Positions 43,098 to 57,123 are shown, counted from the stretch's first letter. The stretch: DNA of 64,000 bases from Eledone cirrhosa (GCA_964016885.1 OZ024740.1:260462001-260526000), one strand, 5' to 3'. Numbers and translations: made by a program. The notes: generated from the sequence alone by a model not told the origin.

Positions 43098-43280
43098 TAG
43101 GGTGTGTTAAGAAGAATCCCCCGATTTCAAAAGGATATATATATTTTAAACAAACGACCATATAATCGCGCAGTAACTTCTACAAAACATGTCTGAATAT
43201 AAAGTGTTATTCGTTTTTTATAACTTTTATAAATAGCTTTCAGTCTGCTTCACGGTGATGATTCTTTTTGATGCACCCTT
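43098..43280. mobile_element. Tc1/mariner-like MITE
   Basis: Imperfect ~20-bp TIRs agggtgtgttaagaagaatc / gattctttttgatgcaccct in a TA context. Confidence 0.55.
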
Positions 43281-43307
43281 CATATATATCCTCCTCCTCC
43301 TCCTGCT

Positions 43308-43308
43308 T

Positions 43309-43393
<85 letters not shown>

Positions 43394-43629
43394 CCATCAT
43401 CATCAACGTTTAGTGTCTATTTTCCACGCTAGCATGAGTTAGACGAGCTGTCCCATTGAGAGACAATCCAGACCTAATGTTAGCTTGGTTTCTATACCTG
43501 GATGCCCTTCCTAACACCAACCACATTTACAGTGTGTCCTGGGTGCTTTTTATCGTGGCACCAACACGACCACTTTACAGTGTGGACTGGGCTCTTTTTA
43601 TCGTGACACATACATGACCACTTTACAGT

Positions 43630-43630
<1 letters not shown>
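43308..43630 (-). mobile_element. (CAT)n-tailed RTE-related/SINE fragment
   Basis: (CAT)n tract followed by sequence resembling the 3' end at 14120-14180. Confidence 0.5.
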
Positions 43631-43692
<62 letters not shown>

Positions 43693-44265
43693 GTTAAGCA
43701 ACTTTCCACATTTTTTATTGTATTTTGTTTAATGTACGCTCTAATACCTGTTCTATCTTTCTCTCTTACTCACCTATTGGCCCATACATGTGAAATTGAT
43801 TGGTATTGAGCACGTGGCTGGTTGGAATATTCCAAATTCAAATTCTAACCAGCGCGCTAACTCTGTATCGCTGTCTAATTGTCTGCTGGCATTAAATTTC
43901 GGGAACGGTTTTAGATACTACCATTGTTTACTGTCGCACCGTATTGCCATGGTACTTGGAGACTAGGGCTGAATGCTACCTTTCTATTGTACAGCGATAC
44001 GAGACAGATTTTTCTCTAATCTATTTTTTCACTCACTTGTGTTTGATCTGAGATATGTTGGTTGAGTTTTTATGGAAGGGTCGAAGAATAGAATCTCGAC
44101 TCCCAGCCACGTTAATTTCTGAACCACTATCCAATCGATTGACGGTATTTTGATGACGCGAAAGGATTTCAGTATTGCTGTGTCACCTGTCGCATTTATA
44201 GCCAACACAGACTGTGTTGTATCGAGGCAAATAACTTTGTGTGTACTCTGGGATTTATACATAAC

Positions 44266-44449
44266 TGTTTCTACTATTGGCACAAGGCCAGAAATTACCC
44301 AGTACATTACTGGTACTTTATTTTATCGACCCCGTAAGGATGAAAGGCAAAGTCAACCTCGGCGGGATTTGAACTCAGATCGTAAAGGGACGTAACTATG
44401 CTGGAAAGCATGGCGTACGACCCTCTACCGATACTGCCAATCCACCGCC
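44266..44449 (-). mobile_element. Full SINE with 18-bp target-site duplication
   Basis: TSD ctgggatttatacataac at 44248-44265 and 44450-44467. Confidence 0.92.
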
Positions 44450-44828
44450 CTGGGATTTATACATAACCTCAGCTATTAAGTACGCTGAGATACAACCGGT
44501 ATTAGCAGGGGAAACTTATGCTAGTTCCGTTAGCCTCTTATATATATATAATCACCATCATCATTATCTGAGGGAGAGAGAAGTAGAGCGAGAAAGAGAA
44601 AGAGGGAGGGTGAGAGAAAGGTTAACAAACCTTCAATACAAGCTGGTAGGTATTTTCCACATCTAATTTTAAATCTCGGAAACTTGGAGTTTTAGTTTGA
44701 TCAGGTAGTTTTATATATATATATGTGTGTGTATATATATATCCGTATGTATTTGACGGCTGGGGGGAAAATGTACTTAATACCCAAGTAGAGTTTAAAT
44801 ATTCATTTTATTAGGCGAAATAGTGAAT

Positions 44829-44872
44829 CTTTTTACTCTGGAGTTTCGCCTGTGTATCACAGGCTCATCTTG
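44829..44872 (-). ncRNA. Hammerhead-like motif (A4 variant, stem I lost)
   Basis: Reverse complement: AAGATGA-GCCTGTG ata CACAGGC-GAA-ACTC ca GAGT-A. Confidence 0.5.
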
Positions 44873-46575
44873 TTTGATAATCCTGTGATAAACAGGCGAA
44901 TGAGAAGGGAATTAGAGAGAGGAGGTAGAGAATCGATTTTAGTATTTTACTGGAACTTTATCGACCTCAAAACAATAGTCAAAGTTGACCTCAGCAGGAT
45001 TTGAACACAAAACACATAGAGCTGGAACAAATAGAAGGAAACATTCCATATGACTCTCTAATGAGTGTCACTTTACCTAATTGACACCTAATTAATATAC
45101 ATACAATAAAACAGCAATATGTTAATATGGGGTGTTAAAACTTCAGTATATTTCTGGAATAGATCTACAGGGATATTTTTATATATATAAACAACACAAT
45201 ATATTATAGATGATAGACAGTAATTTTGGTGTCACTTCCCAGAAAGTGTCATTTGATGTGTTCTATACACCAGTACCTCCCCTAGTGACAGTAGGTACAC
45301 ACACATACACACAAAGACACAGAAACACACCCACATTCATACAGATGCATTCACACATACACATATTCACACAGAAGTACTCGCACATACACGCAGACTT
45401 ATTCACATATTCACACAAATTCATTTGCACATGCACACATGTATACTCAAGCATACCCATATACATACACCCAGTCGTGCACACACATACAGAAACATCC
45501 ATACATATTCATAGACACGCATACATACAAGTATTCATATACACGTACACAGTCATAGACACACTCATACATACACATATATACTCAAACATACACACAT
45601 ACTCCTAGACACACTCACATATACATAACACATACAGATTTACTCCTTACATTGTCATTTAGATGTTTTAATATTGGTGTGTTAAGTTAATATTTGTATA
45701 ATTAGTATTTTCTTGCAAGACCGGATGTGTGATGCTTGTGTGCAGTGAATGCAGTGAATGCAGTGAATGCAGACGATAATGAAGACTGGATAGAAATGAA
45801 GGAGCATATCCCGATGGATGTGCAATATTAATATGCATGAATGACAAAGCATGGATGAACTGAGAAAACTGTTCGGTTTAAAGGGAATCAGATATAGGTT
45901 TTCATAAATTATGTCCTTTTATGTAACTCCTAACGGGTGTTGTAGGGGCAGCGTTTCTAGGGCGTTTTTTTAAATATGGTGGAGCCCATCCCTTCTCCAT
46001 CCCTCCCAGAGAAGGACAGAGAATGAGAGAATGGAAGTGAGAAAGAAATATAGAAAATGAATCGACCCCAGTACTGGATTTTTTATCGACCTCGAAAGGA
46101 CGACTTCTGCTGGATTTGAACTCAGAGAACAGAGTCGGAACAAATACCGCAAAGCATTCTATCAGACGTTCCAACGACTCTGCGAACGTCCCTTCGCACA
46201 AAAAAAATGGATGTCACGTGATTTAATATTTAAAACAAAATATAATTAAGATGGCGAAATAAATTAACACGTTAAAAAATGACTACTTTAGTTGTTTAAA
46301 ACAATAATATAACATGGTGGCAGCGAGACAGCAATATGCCAATTACATTTAAAGATGAAAATAGAATTAAATGTCAAATAATTGCAAAGGTGATAACAAT
46401 ATATTAAAGAAGTGATTTTTCTTTTCTCTTTACGAACGTGTCCAAGTGAGCGGAATCGAATAGCGAATGTCAAAGATAGCAGGTCAACAACCCCATTATG
46501 AAAATAAGTGCGAAGTTTATATCGAATGGGTCTATTTTATAAGTTCTTATTTCAATCATCTGGCAGGAAGGTATA

Positions 46576-46616
46576 CGTTGCTGACGATAGCTAATAAGCT
46601 TGAAACTAGTACAGCG
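46576..46616 (+). ncRNA. Minimal type-I hammerhead ribozyme, fully canonical
   Basis: cgttg-CTGACGA-t AGCT aata AGCT t-GAA-ACTAGT-A-cagcg: stem I 5 bp, stem II 4 bp, palindromic stem III, GUA site. Confidence 0.8.
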
Positions 46617-46947
46617 TTCCTTTGTCAGTGTTGAACAAATGAGCAACGATGGTTATTAGACACTGTACGGCTTAATTCGGGATGTTTGTTTACAAACACA
46701 GCGAGCATTATAATAAATGTTCGGTGAATCCATACGTACATATATATATGTGTGCATGTATGTATATATATATATACATACTACTGTACATCTGTATACA
46801 TATATGTATGTACGTATACATACTTATATTTAAGTAACAGCCGTACTAAGAGTGAGAAATGAAATTTCGTTTCATTTTTTCCGTTTATATATATATATAT
46901 ATATACAATATATTAACAAATGGAAACTATATTTATAAAACCATATT

Positions 46948-47013
46948 TATTTCATTATACATATTTCAAGGGCCACCAAGGCAGATTATGGTGCGCTTTC
47001 ATCAGATAAAATA
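46948..47013 (-). ncRNA. Hammerhead ribozyme candidate (left arm)
   Basis: Reverse complement: tattttat-CTGATGA-aag..ctt-GAA-ATATGTAT-A-atgaaata. Confidence 0.7.
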
Positions 47014-49383
47014 TAATATAGATTAGTTTTATAAATAAATATTGACATACCCTGAAAAATGCAACCTTCACGGTTGGAGTCTCCAGGATAGTGGAGATAT
47101 TAGATTTATTGTTGGTTTATTATGCAAATTAGTGACGGAAAGGTTTAAATAACAGTATATTTAAATTACGCCGTTGGAAGAGGAAAAAAACGAAATAGAA
47201 AAAGAAAGAGATAATAATGATAATAATTATATGACAACTAACCATAATTTTAACAACTATAATAGGAAACCTTACAATAATTCGAAAAACAAAAAAAGAA
47301 GTAGAACTAGGAATATATTATGGCTCGCTCCCCCTTTCTCATTAAGTATTAAAACTCCTATTGCTAAATTATTCTTTAAAGCTCTAGAACACATAGGTAT
47401 TACTCAATATTTAATAGACATACTATAAACTTATCGCATTCCACCACCAGTAATTTGGCGCAGAATATTAATAGAATTAATAATAGAAACTTAAAACCTA
47501 ATCAGAATACCATTAATAACCCCAGCAATATCCAATTTAATAATACGGCTCCTAGGAACTTAAATTTTGATAAATGTAACTGTAGAAATAAGTCTAACTG
47601 TCCGCTAAATAACAATTGTTTAGTTAACAATATAGTATATAATTGTAACGTAAAAACTAATTTAAATTCATTTAATTATGTAGGCTCTACCTCCACAAAT
47701 TTTAAGTCCCGTTTTAATAACCATAAATGCTCTTTTACGAATATAAATAAAAAATCTTCAACTTCTCTATCTAATTTACTATGGGACCTTAAACCAAAGA
47801 ACACTAACTATTCTTTACTTTGGAATATTATCTCCAAAGCTCCTCCATTCAATGCTTCATCTGAAAATTGTTCTCTTTGTATAGAGGAAATATTCTTTAT
47901 ATTAAAAAGTAAAAATTCTGTTAATTTAAGGAATAATCTTTTCAGTTCTTGTAAACATCGGTTGAACTCAACGTTTAAATATATATATAAAATGTAATAC
48001 ATAACTAATCTTTATTACACCTACCGATAAATCATTAGATTCCTTCATGCGACTGCTTATAACTCTCTTAAAGAAAAAATCTTTTCTTGGAAATTTTTCT
48101 TGATAAACGTACTGAAAGATTAAAAGAAAATTTTTTGAAAATTCCTCTGATGGGTATAAGAAAATTATAATTCATATTTTATACTGTGTATTTTATATTT
48201 CTATATTCTTATATTTTTTTAATTCATTGTAATTCATATTTTATATTGTGTATTTTATATTTCTATATTCTTATATTTTTCAAATGCTTAATATATATAT
48301 ATATCAAAATATTTATTTATATATATATGAGATAAACATAGTGATTTTGATGTATATGGTATAACCTAAAATTTATGCTTTAAATATATTCTATAAATAT
48401 ACTCTTATGAAAGTGTGTATGGTTTATGCTTTGGATATATTCCTATGAACATTTTAAATATTATAATTTCTATGTTATGACGTTATAGCAAGCGAATTTA
48501 TGTTTTAACAGTTATAACTGTATGACAGCTAAAATTGTGAATTTATAAATTTATAACTTACTATAAAATAACATAAGATTCATACTCTAATTACATTATT
48601 AAAGAGGAAAATTTAAATTTTTAACTTTTTAACCTTGTAGCATTTAATCCTTAGAGTTACCTGAATTATTAATAAATCACTAACAATTTTCCTTTACGTT
48701 GTACTGCTATTATAATTATAATACAAATAAGGGATTATTCTTCTGTAAACTCTCTGAATTTCCATGGGTTAAAATTGTTCGGATACAATTTTTTAATAAT
48801 TAATTTTTAATATTTTTTTAATAATTTTTTAATAATTAATGATAATAATATATATCTTATTATAATAATAATAATATATATGGTTTTGTAATAATAGTAT
48901 ATTTTTTAATAGTATATATAAATATAAATAAAAGTTTTTTTTAACATACACATTTAAACTACTGATTGAATTGATAAATTATTAATTAAACATTTAATCA
49001 AATTTATTAATTAAACGCTAGATAAAATTCCTCAACCTATCATTATAATGAATCCGGCTATTATTCATCCACAATATATTCATTTCTTCGCTTCTTCTCT
49101 CATAACGTAAACAATAATTACGCTATTACTGTCCTTATAACTAATATTGTCTCCCACTTAAATATACTCACGTTGTTTCTCTTTCTCTTTCTTTTTCTAT
49201 TTCTTTTTTTTTCCCTCTTCCAACGGCGTAATTTAAATATGCTGTTATTTCAACCTTTCCGACACTAATTTGCATAATAAACCAACAATAAATCTAATAT
49301 CTCCACTATCCTGGAGACTCAAACCATGAAGGTTGCATTTTTCAGGTTATGTCAATATTTATTTATAAAACTATTCTATATTA

Positions 49384-49449
49384 TATTTTATCTGATGAAA
49401 GCGCACCATAATCTGCCTTGGTGGCCCTTGGAATATGTATAATGAAATA
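49384..49449 (+). ncRNA. Hammerhead (right arm), GAAA mutated to GGAA
   Basis: Otherwise identical to the left-arm copy. Confidence 0.6.
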
Positions 49450-49580
49450 AATATGGTTTTATAAATATAGTTTCCATTTGTTAATATATTGTATTTTTAC
49501 TCCAATTAATTTGTTGAGTGCTTTATATCAGTTATAAAAATATTTTGCTTGTTGTATCCCAACAAATTAAATATAACCTC

Positions 49581-49685
<105 letters not shown>

Positions 49686-49974
49686 AAGTCCAAAGAACCA
49701 TTAGATAAAATATATCACTGTTTCCTCTCCTACTCAGTATAAACCAACCACATAAAAATCATTTAAATGAGGCTATAAGTTTAAAATGTACTTATGAAGA
49801 AACAATAGACAAATAATACAGATTATTTTCCGTGATGTCCATATGACACTTATCTAATTATTTCTTTTAGCCTATAGAAATTGACTAGACAAATAGTTAA
49901 CTACACGGAATTAGGTACAAAATAGAAGTTTGAAGAAAAAATGCACCTAAATGTTACCAAAATTCTCTTAGTCT

Positions 49975-50058
49975 CTACCAACCGGTGGTTTCGTTCCGCT
50001 TTTTGGATATACCCGGTCTTGGATAAATCTACGAGGCTTGGAACTCATCAGGAGATAC
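49975..50058 (-). ncRNA. Hammerhead ribozyme candidate, canonical core
   Basis: Reverse complement: CTGATGA-GTTCC..GGAAC-GAA-ACC acc GGT-T; stem I weak. Confidence 0.6.
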
Positions 50059-50792
50059 CCCAGACTGGACTAAGTTTCTTCTACCATGATCCTCGCCAGA
50101 AATGAATTCAAAATGACTAAGAACTATCACGTGGCCAGCGTCAAGGCAGAAAGTTCGTGATTGGTGCCTGTCGGCGAGTAGGCTGGTTGCTATAAAGCGC
50201 AGCCGAATACTGCCTAAAGTCTTACTCAACCTTACGGGAGTATATATTAAATTCAAAGGGTATATATATATATACTTAGACATAGTCACAGATGCATATA
50301 TGAGTTTGGCAACCATTCACAGTGTGGTTCAATGAAGAATTAATTAAGCAAATAATTATTAATCAGAGCTATATATAAAAATGTAGGTCCAAAGAACCAT
50401 TAGATGATAAAATATATACAGTGTTTCCTCTCCTAATCAGTATAAATCGACCACATAAAAATTCATTTAAACGAGACTATAAGTTTAAAATGTACTTATG
50501 AACTAATAATAGACAAATGATAAAGACTATTTCCAGCGATTGAGTTCTAGCACGTGGCCTGAATTCCTTTTAGAATTCCTTGTCCTGCGCATGTATTGTT
50601 TTTTTGGCGGTAATCTTCTTCATCATTTTTGAATCAGTTTGAGAATTTCTTTAGAACTGCTAGAAGAACAACCTGGCAGCTACATCAAGCACTGATGTTG
50701 ATTATCGCTAAATACTGATGTTGATTTGATTATCAATATTAGTATTATTGGGCACCCCCTGAAGAATTATAAGAGCCCACTTGAATAAGTAT

Positions 50793-50873
50793 CTGATGAT
50801 CTTATGCAAGCTTCTACATAAATTGGTATAATTTCACCCAAATTGTAGGAATCTTATAATGAAACGAGACGTC
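50793..50873 (+). ncRNA. Hammerhead-like motif, canonical core
   Basis: CTGATGA-(long stem II)-GAA-ACG aga CGT-C; stem I not evident. Confidence 0.45.
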
Positions 50874-51051
50874 CGTCTGGGAAGAGATATATTCGATATA
50901 TTTCATATAAAATAATACAGCCAATTTTCCACACAATACAATTAGTTAGCACCCCGAACTTTTAATTAGGAATATATTCACTTATTTCCTAATGTTTGTT
51001 GAGTGAGTTGGGATTTGGCCGGAGTATCGCTATTAGCGTTCTCCGCTAATG

Positions 51052-51114
<63 letters not shown>

Positions 51115-51156
51115 CTTCAAAATATTAATAAATATAGACATTCATGTGATCAAATA

Positions 51157-51222
51157 TATTTTATTATACATATTTCAGAGATACTGAGCTATTACAACAG
51201 TACGTCCTCATCAGATAAAATA
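51157..51222 (-). ncRNA. Hammerhead ribozyme candidate (left arm)
   Basis: Reverse complement of 56585-56650 with one loop difference. Confidence 0.72.
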
Positions 51223-52947
51223 AGTTGATTCCTGACATACCTTGACTATGTTCATGGTTATAATTTAGTCATGGCAGTGATTAGTTATGACAAAACTCGA
51301 TATTTATATACCTTAAGTTGAAACATGAAAAATTACATATAATACAGAGGGTGCGTATGAGAATGTGTAAAATGGTATATAAATAATTAATAATATATAA
51401 TACATAAATTTATATAACTGTTAAAAATTTAAATAATAATAATTTATTCATACCTCATTATTGTTGATAGTCGAAGTGATAGATCGAGATAGCAAATCAC
51501 GAGGAAAGAGAGAGAAAAGAAGGAGATTTGATCGTAGGAACAAGAGAAGGGAGAAATGATCAAATGATAGAGAGAGGAAAATAAGTTAAATCGTATAATC
51601 AAAGGGAAGGAGATATGTAATGTAACATGTAAGTAGCGTATAATTAAATAGGGGGAAAGAATAATGCGTGACCGTTTATTTTCAAATTTTAAGTTAATTA
51701 AAAATAGTCAATTAATCAAATGACATTAGATTTTAGACTATAAAATTTTAAAGGATTTATATTATTGTATTATATCTGAGTTCAAGCAAATGTAACGTGA
51801 AAGAGATAAATTTATGTGTATCATAATTCCAAATGTATTCACAAGTGTATTTAAAAGTATATTAAAATCAAGAATATAATCAATATATTAGTAAAAAAAC
51901 ATTAAAATTAAAATGTTATTAATAAGTCATAAAGCATTATAAATGTATTTAATAAGATATTATTAAACCAGATTTATCTAGATATACACATTTGTATAAT
52001 TTATATATAGACTATAAATTTTAAGGTTTAAGACGATATTAGTCACTTATATGTAGTATAATTACTATTAAGAGTGTTATAAATTTAATTCAACTAGATT
52101 TTACCGTATTTAAAATTTTACATAAATTTGCCGGTTAGACTGATAGCTCCCTCTAAGTCGGACATTGGAGTAATCAGTAAAAATATTATTGATAGAATTT
52201 TACCAACATTGAAATTGAAGTCAAAGCTGAGCTTATGGAAGGACACTAGTGAAGTAATTGACTGGTTTAAAAATATAGAAAATAAGAAAAATCTCAAATT
52301 TATTCAAATGGACATAGCAAGTTACTACTCATCTATTACACCTAACCTCTTGAATAAGGCTTTGCCTTACGCTTATAAACATACAGATCTAACTAGCGAG
52401 GAGATTCATATGATATTAACGGCTAATTAATTTTAATAATGAGTTTTGGACCCGATCGGATAGGAATAGACATTTTGACATTACCATGGGGTCATCTGAC
52501 TCTGCACAAATTACCGATCTTCTAGGAATTTTTATCCCCAATATGGTAAATAAAAAATTGCCGGAGATTACCGGTGGTTTATATAGGGATGATATTTTAT
52601 TTACTGTAGTTAAACATAGCAATACAGAACTAAATAGGGTTAAGAAAACAATAATAGAATTTTTTAAAAATGAGGACCTCAAATTAGAAGCTGAAAGTAG
52701 CACTAAGGTAGTTAACTTCCTTGATGTTACCCTTAATTTAAATTCAGGACTATATTACCCCTTCCATAAGCCTAATGAAAACCTAAATTATGTTAACTAT
52801 TACTCAAATCACCCTAAATCCGTGAAAAATGCAATAGTCAATAGTGTTCAAAAATGCTTAACTAGATTATCCGCTAACAAATCCATTTTTGATGAAAAAG
52901 CTGGATATTATAATGAGGCATTACATAAGGCAGGGTATAAAAATAAT

Positions 52948-53118
52948 TGTTTCTACTTTAGGCACAAGGCCAGCAATTACCCAGTGCATTACTGGTACTT
53001 TATTTTATCGACCCCGTAAGGATGAAAGGCAAAGTCAACCTCGGCGGGATTTGAACTCAGATCGTAAAGGGACGTAACTATGCGTCCGAGCCTCTACCGA
53101 TACTGCCAATCTACCGCC
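52948..53118 (-). mobile_element. SINE inserted in the PLE RT region
   Basis: Family match; TSD-like ggcag..tataaaaataat on both sides. Confidence 0.88.
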
Positions 53119-56100
53119 CGGCAGTATATAAAAATAATATCCCGGCAGGATATAAAAATAATATCCCGGCAGGATATAAAAATAATATTGAATATCTAGA
53201 TAATACTAATTCGAATTATAAATTAGGTAAAAATACGAATAACATAAATAAAGCGGACTCTAAAAATTATTTAAATATAAATAAAAATGATAATGTCGTG
53301 AATAAATCTCGGAAAAAAATCAGAACCAAAGCAGTGATTTGGTATGCACCTCCCGCATCTTTAGCTATCAAAACACCCCCTGGCAAATTTATTCTTTAAG
53401 ACTTTAGATAAATGCTTTCCCAGTACACATAAACACCATTCTATATTCAATAGACATACAATTAAGCGATCTTACTCTACAACTATGAATATGGCACAGA
53501 ACATTGCAAAAATAAATAGTAGAATTCTTAATCATAACCAACAAACAATTAGGGATAATGGCAATATTAACATTAGCAATAATATTGATACTGTGAATAA
53601 CAATAACATTAACTTAAGCACTCACAACAGAACACCTCCAACTATTAACAATGATAACGTGTACAGTTTAAATTATAATAATAACAGTAAATCGAAATGT
53701 AACTGTAGAAATAGATCGAATTGCCCTCTGCAAAATAATTGTCTTGACAAGAACCTAGTTTATAAATGTACTGTTAAAGCAACTAACATCACCTACAACT
53801 ATATAGGAGCAACCTCATCGAGCTTTAAATTAATATATTCGAATCACAAACACTCTTTTTCGAATCCAGATAAGATATTCTCCACCTCTTTATCACAACT
53901 CATAAGGTCCTTAAAAGACAAAAATTTAGAGTACTCAATATTTTGGTCAAAACTTTGTAATAGCCAAGTCTACATTAATTCCTCCGTATCACCTAACTGC
54001 AATCTTTGCGATATGGAGACCCTATTAATAATTACTAATTATGATAAGTTAATTAACAAAAAAAGTGAATTATTCTCAAATTGCTTGCACAAAGCTACAT
54101 CTACATTCCAAGCTTCACAAAAAAATCAGGAAAAAACATTGAATAAATGTGAAATGATTTAGACGTTTATTAATAACTCTGAGTGTGAAACAATATTGGC
54201 TCAGATTAAAAATTCTTGTAATGCTTTTATTATTTATACTATTATTAATATTAGATTAAGGGTTTCTACCTTAACATTGAAATTGTTAACCTGATCTCTT
54301 GTTGAGTACGTATGACCTTTAGATTGTTTAAATACCTTTAATTTTGGTTTTCGTATTTTCGAAATCTTATATCTTATATATTTCATACCTTTAATGTATT
54401 CAGGCTTGTAAACCGTTTAATTACTTTGAAAGGTTATTTACGATTCACGAGGATATGATTATACATTTATAGTATTTATCTCCTTAGATCCAAGTTGATA
54501 AATTTTTTTTGTATACTTAAATTGATGTAAAATTTTAAATACAGTAAAATCTAGTTGAATTAAATTTATAACACTCTTAACAGTAATTATACTACATATA
54601 AGTGACTAATATCGTCTTAAACCTTAAAGTTTATAGTCTATATATAAATTATACAAATGTGTATATCTAGATAAATCTGGTTTAATAATATCTTATTAAA
54701 TACATTTATAATGCTTTATGACTTATTAATAACATTTTAATTTTAATGTTTTTTTACTAATATATTGATTATATTCTTGATTTTAATATACTTGTGAATA
54801 CCTTTGGAGTTATGATAAACTTAAATTTATCTCTTTCACGTTACATTTGCTTGAACTAAGATATAATACAATAAAAAGATTTTAAAGGATTTAAACACTA
54901 TTGACTATTGCATTTTTCACGGATTTAGGGTGATTTGAGTGAGTAATAGTTAACATAATTTAGGTTTTCATTGGGCTTATGGAAGGGGTAATATAGTCCT
55001 GAATTTAAATTAAGGGTGACATCAAGGAAGTTAACTACCTTAGTGCTACTTTCAGCTTCTAATTTGAGGTCATCATTTTTAAAGAATTCTATTATTGTTT
55101 TCTTAACCCTATTTAGTTCTGTATTGCTATGCTTAATTACAGTAAATAAAATATCATCCCTGTATAAACTACCGGTAATCTCCGGCAATTTTCTATTTAC
55201 CATATTGAGGATAAAAATTCCTAGAAGATCGGTAATTTGTACAGAGTCAGATGACCCCATGGTAATGTCAAAATTTCTATTCCTATCCGATCGGGTCCAA
55301 AACTCATTATTAAAATTAATTAGCCGTTAATATGATATTAATCTCCTCGCTAGTTAGATCTGTATGTTTGTAAGCGTAAGACAAAGCCTTATTCAAGAGG
55401 TTAGGTGTAATAGATGAGTAGTAACTTGCTATGTCCATTTGAATAAATTTGAGATTTTTCTTATTTTCTATATTTTTAAACCAGTCAATTACTTCACTAG
55501 TGTCCTTCCATAAGCTCAGCTTTGACTTCAATTTCAATGTTGGTAAAATTCTATCAATAATATTTTTACTGATTACTCCAATGTCCGACTTAGAGGGAGC
55601 TATCAGTCTAACCGGCAAATTTATGTAAAATTTTAAATACGGTAAAATCTAGTTGAATTAAATTTATAACACTCTTAACAGTAATTATACTACATATAAG
55701 TGACTAATATCGTCTTAAACCTTAAAATTTATAGTCTATATATAAATTATACAAATGTGTATATCTAGATAAATCTGGTTTAATAATATCTTATTAAATA
55801 CATTTATAATGCTTTATGACTTATTAATAACATTTTAATTTTAATGTTTTTTTACTAATATATTGATTATATTCTTGATTTTAATATACTTTTAAATATA
55901 CTTGTGAATACCTTTGGAGTTATGATAAACTTAGATTTATCTCTTTCACGTTACATTTGCTTGAACTAAGATATAATACAATAATAAGATTTTAAAGGAT
56001 TTAAATTTTAAAGGATTTAAATTTTAAAGGATTTAAATTTTAAAGGATTTAAATCCTTTAAAATTTTATAGTCTAAAATCTTCTGTCATTTGATTAATTG

Positions 56101-56584
56101 ACTATTTTTAATTAACTTAAAATTTGAAAATAAACGGTCACGCATTATTCTTTCCCCCTATTTAATTATACGCTACTTACATGTTACATTACATATCTCC
56201 TTCCCTTTGATTATACGATTTAACTTATTTTCCTCTCTCTATCATTTGATCATTTCTCCCTTCTCTTGTTCCTACGATCAAATCTCCTTTTTTTATCTCT
56301 TTCCTCGTGATTTGCTATCTCGATCTATCACTTCCACTATCAACAATAATGAGGTATGAATATATTATTATTATTTAAATTTTTAACAGATATATAAGTT
56401 CATGTATTATATATTATTAGTTATTTATATACCATTTTACACATTCTCATACGCACCCTCTATATTATATGTAATTTTTCATGTTTCAACTTAAGGTATA
56501 TAAATATCGAATTTTGTCATAACTAATCACTGCCATGACTAAATTATAACCATGAACATAGTCAAGGTATGTCAGGAATCAACT

Positions 56585-56650
56585 TATTTTATCTGATGAG
56601 GACGTACTGTTGAAATAGCTCAGTATCTCTGAAATATGTATAATAAAATA
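56585..56650 (+). ncRNA. Hammerhead ribozyme candidate (right arm)
   Basis: tattttat-CTGATGA-gga c gtactg..cagtat c tct-GAA-ATATGTAT-A-ataaaata; perfect 8-bp stem I. Confidence 0.72.
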
Positions 56651-56787
56651 TATTTGACCACATGAATGTCTATATTTATTAATATTTTGAAGTAATATTA
56701 ATAACTCCAGAAAACCTCACTGTAGAGTGCTTATAATCTATTGTGAAACTTTATTCATTGATGAATTCATTGAACCTTGTTAAACAG

Positions 56788-56850
<63 letters not shown>

Positions 56851-56851
<1 letters not shown>

Positions 56852-57020
56852 CTGTTTCTACTTTTGGCACAAGGCCAGCAATTATCTTAGTGCATTACTG
56901 TTACTGGTACTTTATTTTATCGAACCCGTAAGGATGAAAGGCAAAGTTAACCTCGGCGGGATTTGAACGCAATCCGTAAAGGGGCGTAACTGTGCTGCAA
57001 AGTATGGCGTCCGACCTTCA
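56851..57020 (-). mobile_element. SINE copy, 5'-truncated
   Basis: Family match. Confidence 0.8.
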
Positions 57021-57025
57021 ACTAA

Positions 57026-57078
<53 letters not shown>

Positions 57079-57123
57079 CGTAAAATAAGAAAATTATAAA
57101 ATTAACTTACTTACTTAAATTTC

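Larger units (their letters stand above)
46903..49494 (+). mobile_element. Naiad-like PLE (GIY-YIG ORF 47455-47997) with ~310-bp inverted arms (46903-47212 / 49186-49494)
   Basis: CNCRNKSNCPLNNNC, YVGST, CSLC; arms are reverse complements; (TA)n on the left. Confidence 0.9.
51109..56698. mobile_element. Naiad-like PLE with ~1.75-kb inverted arms that include part of RT (51109-52850 / 54893-56698)
   Basis: RT ORFs 52128-53019 (+) are mirrored by 54925-55618 (-); GIY-YIG ORF 53485-54162; UTR piece 54525-54880 is repeated directly at 55624-56000. Confidence 0.92.

Noticed and set aside
49705-49745. CTGA(G/T)TA..GAAAC in the 150-bp repeat (also ~50430 and ~58247) as a hammerhead
   Set aside because: G8 is missing and there is no stem II; too degenerate to call.
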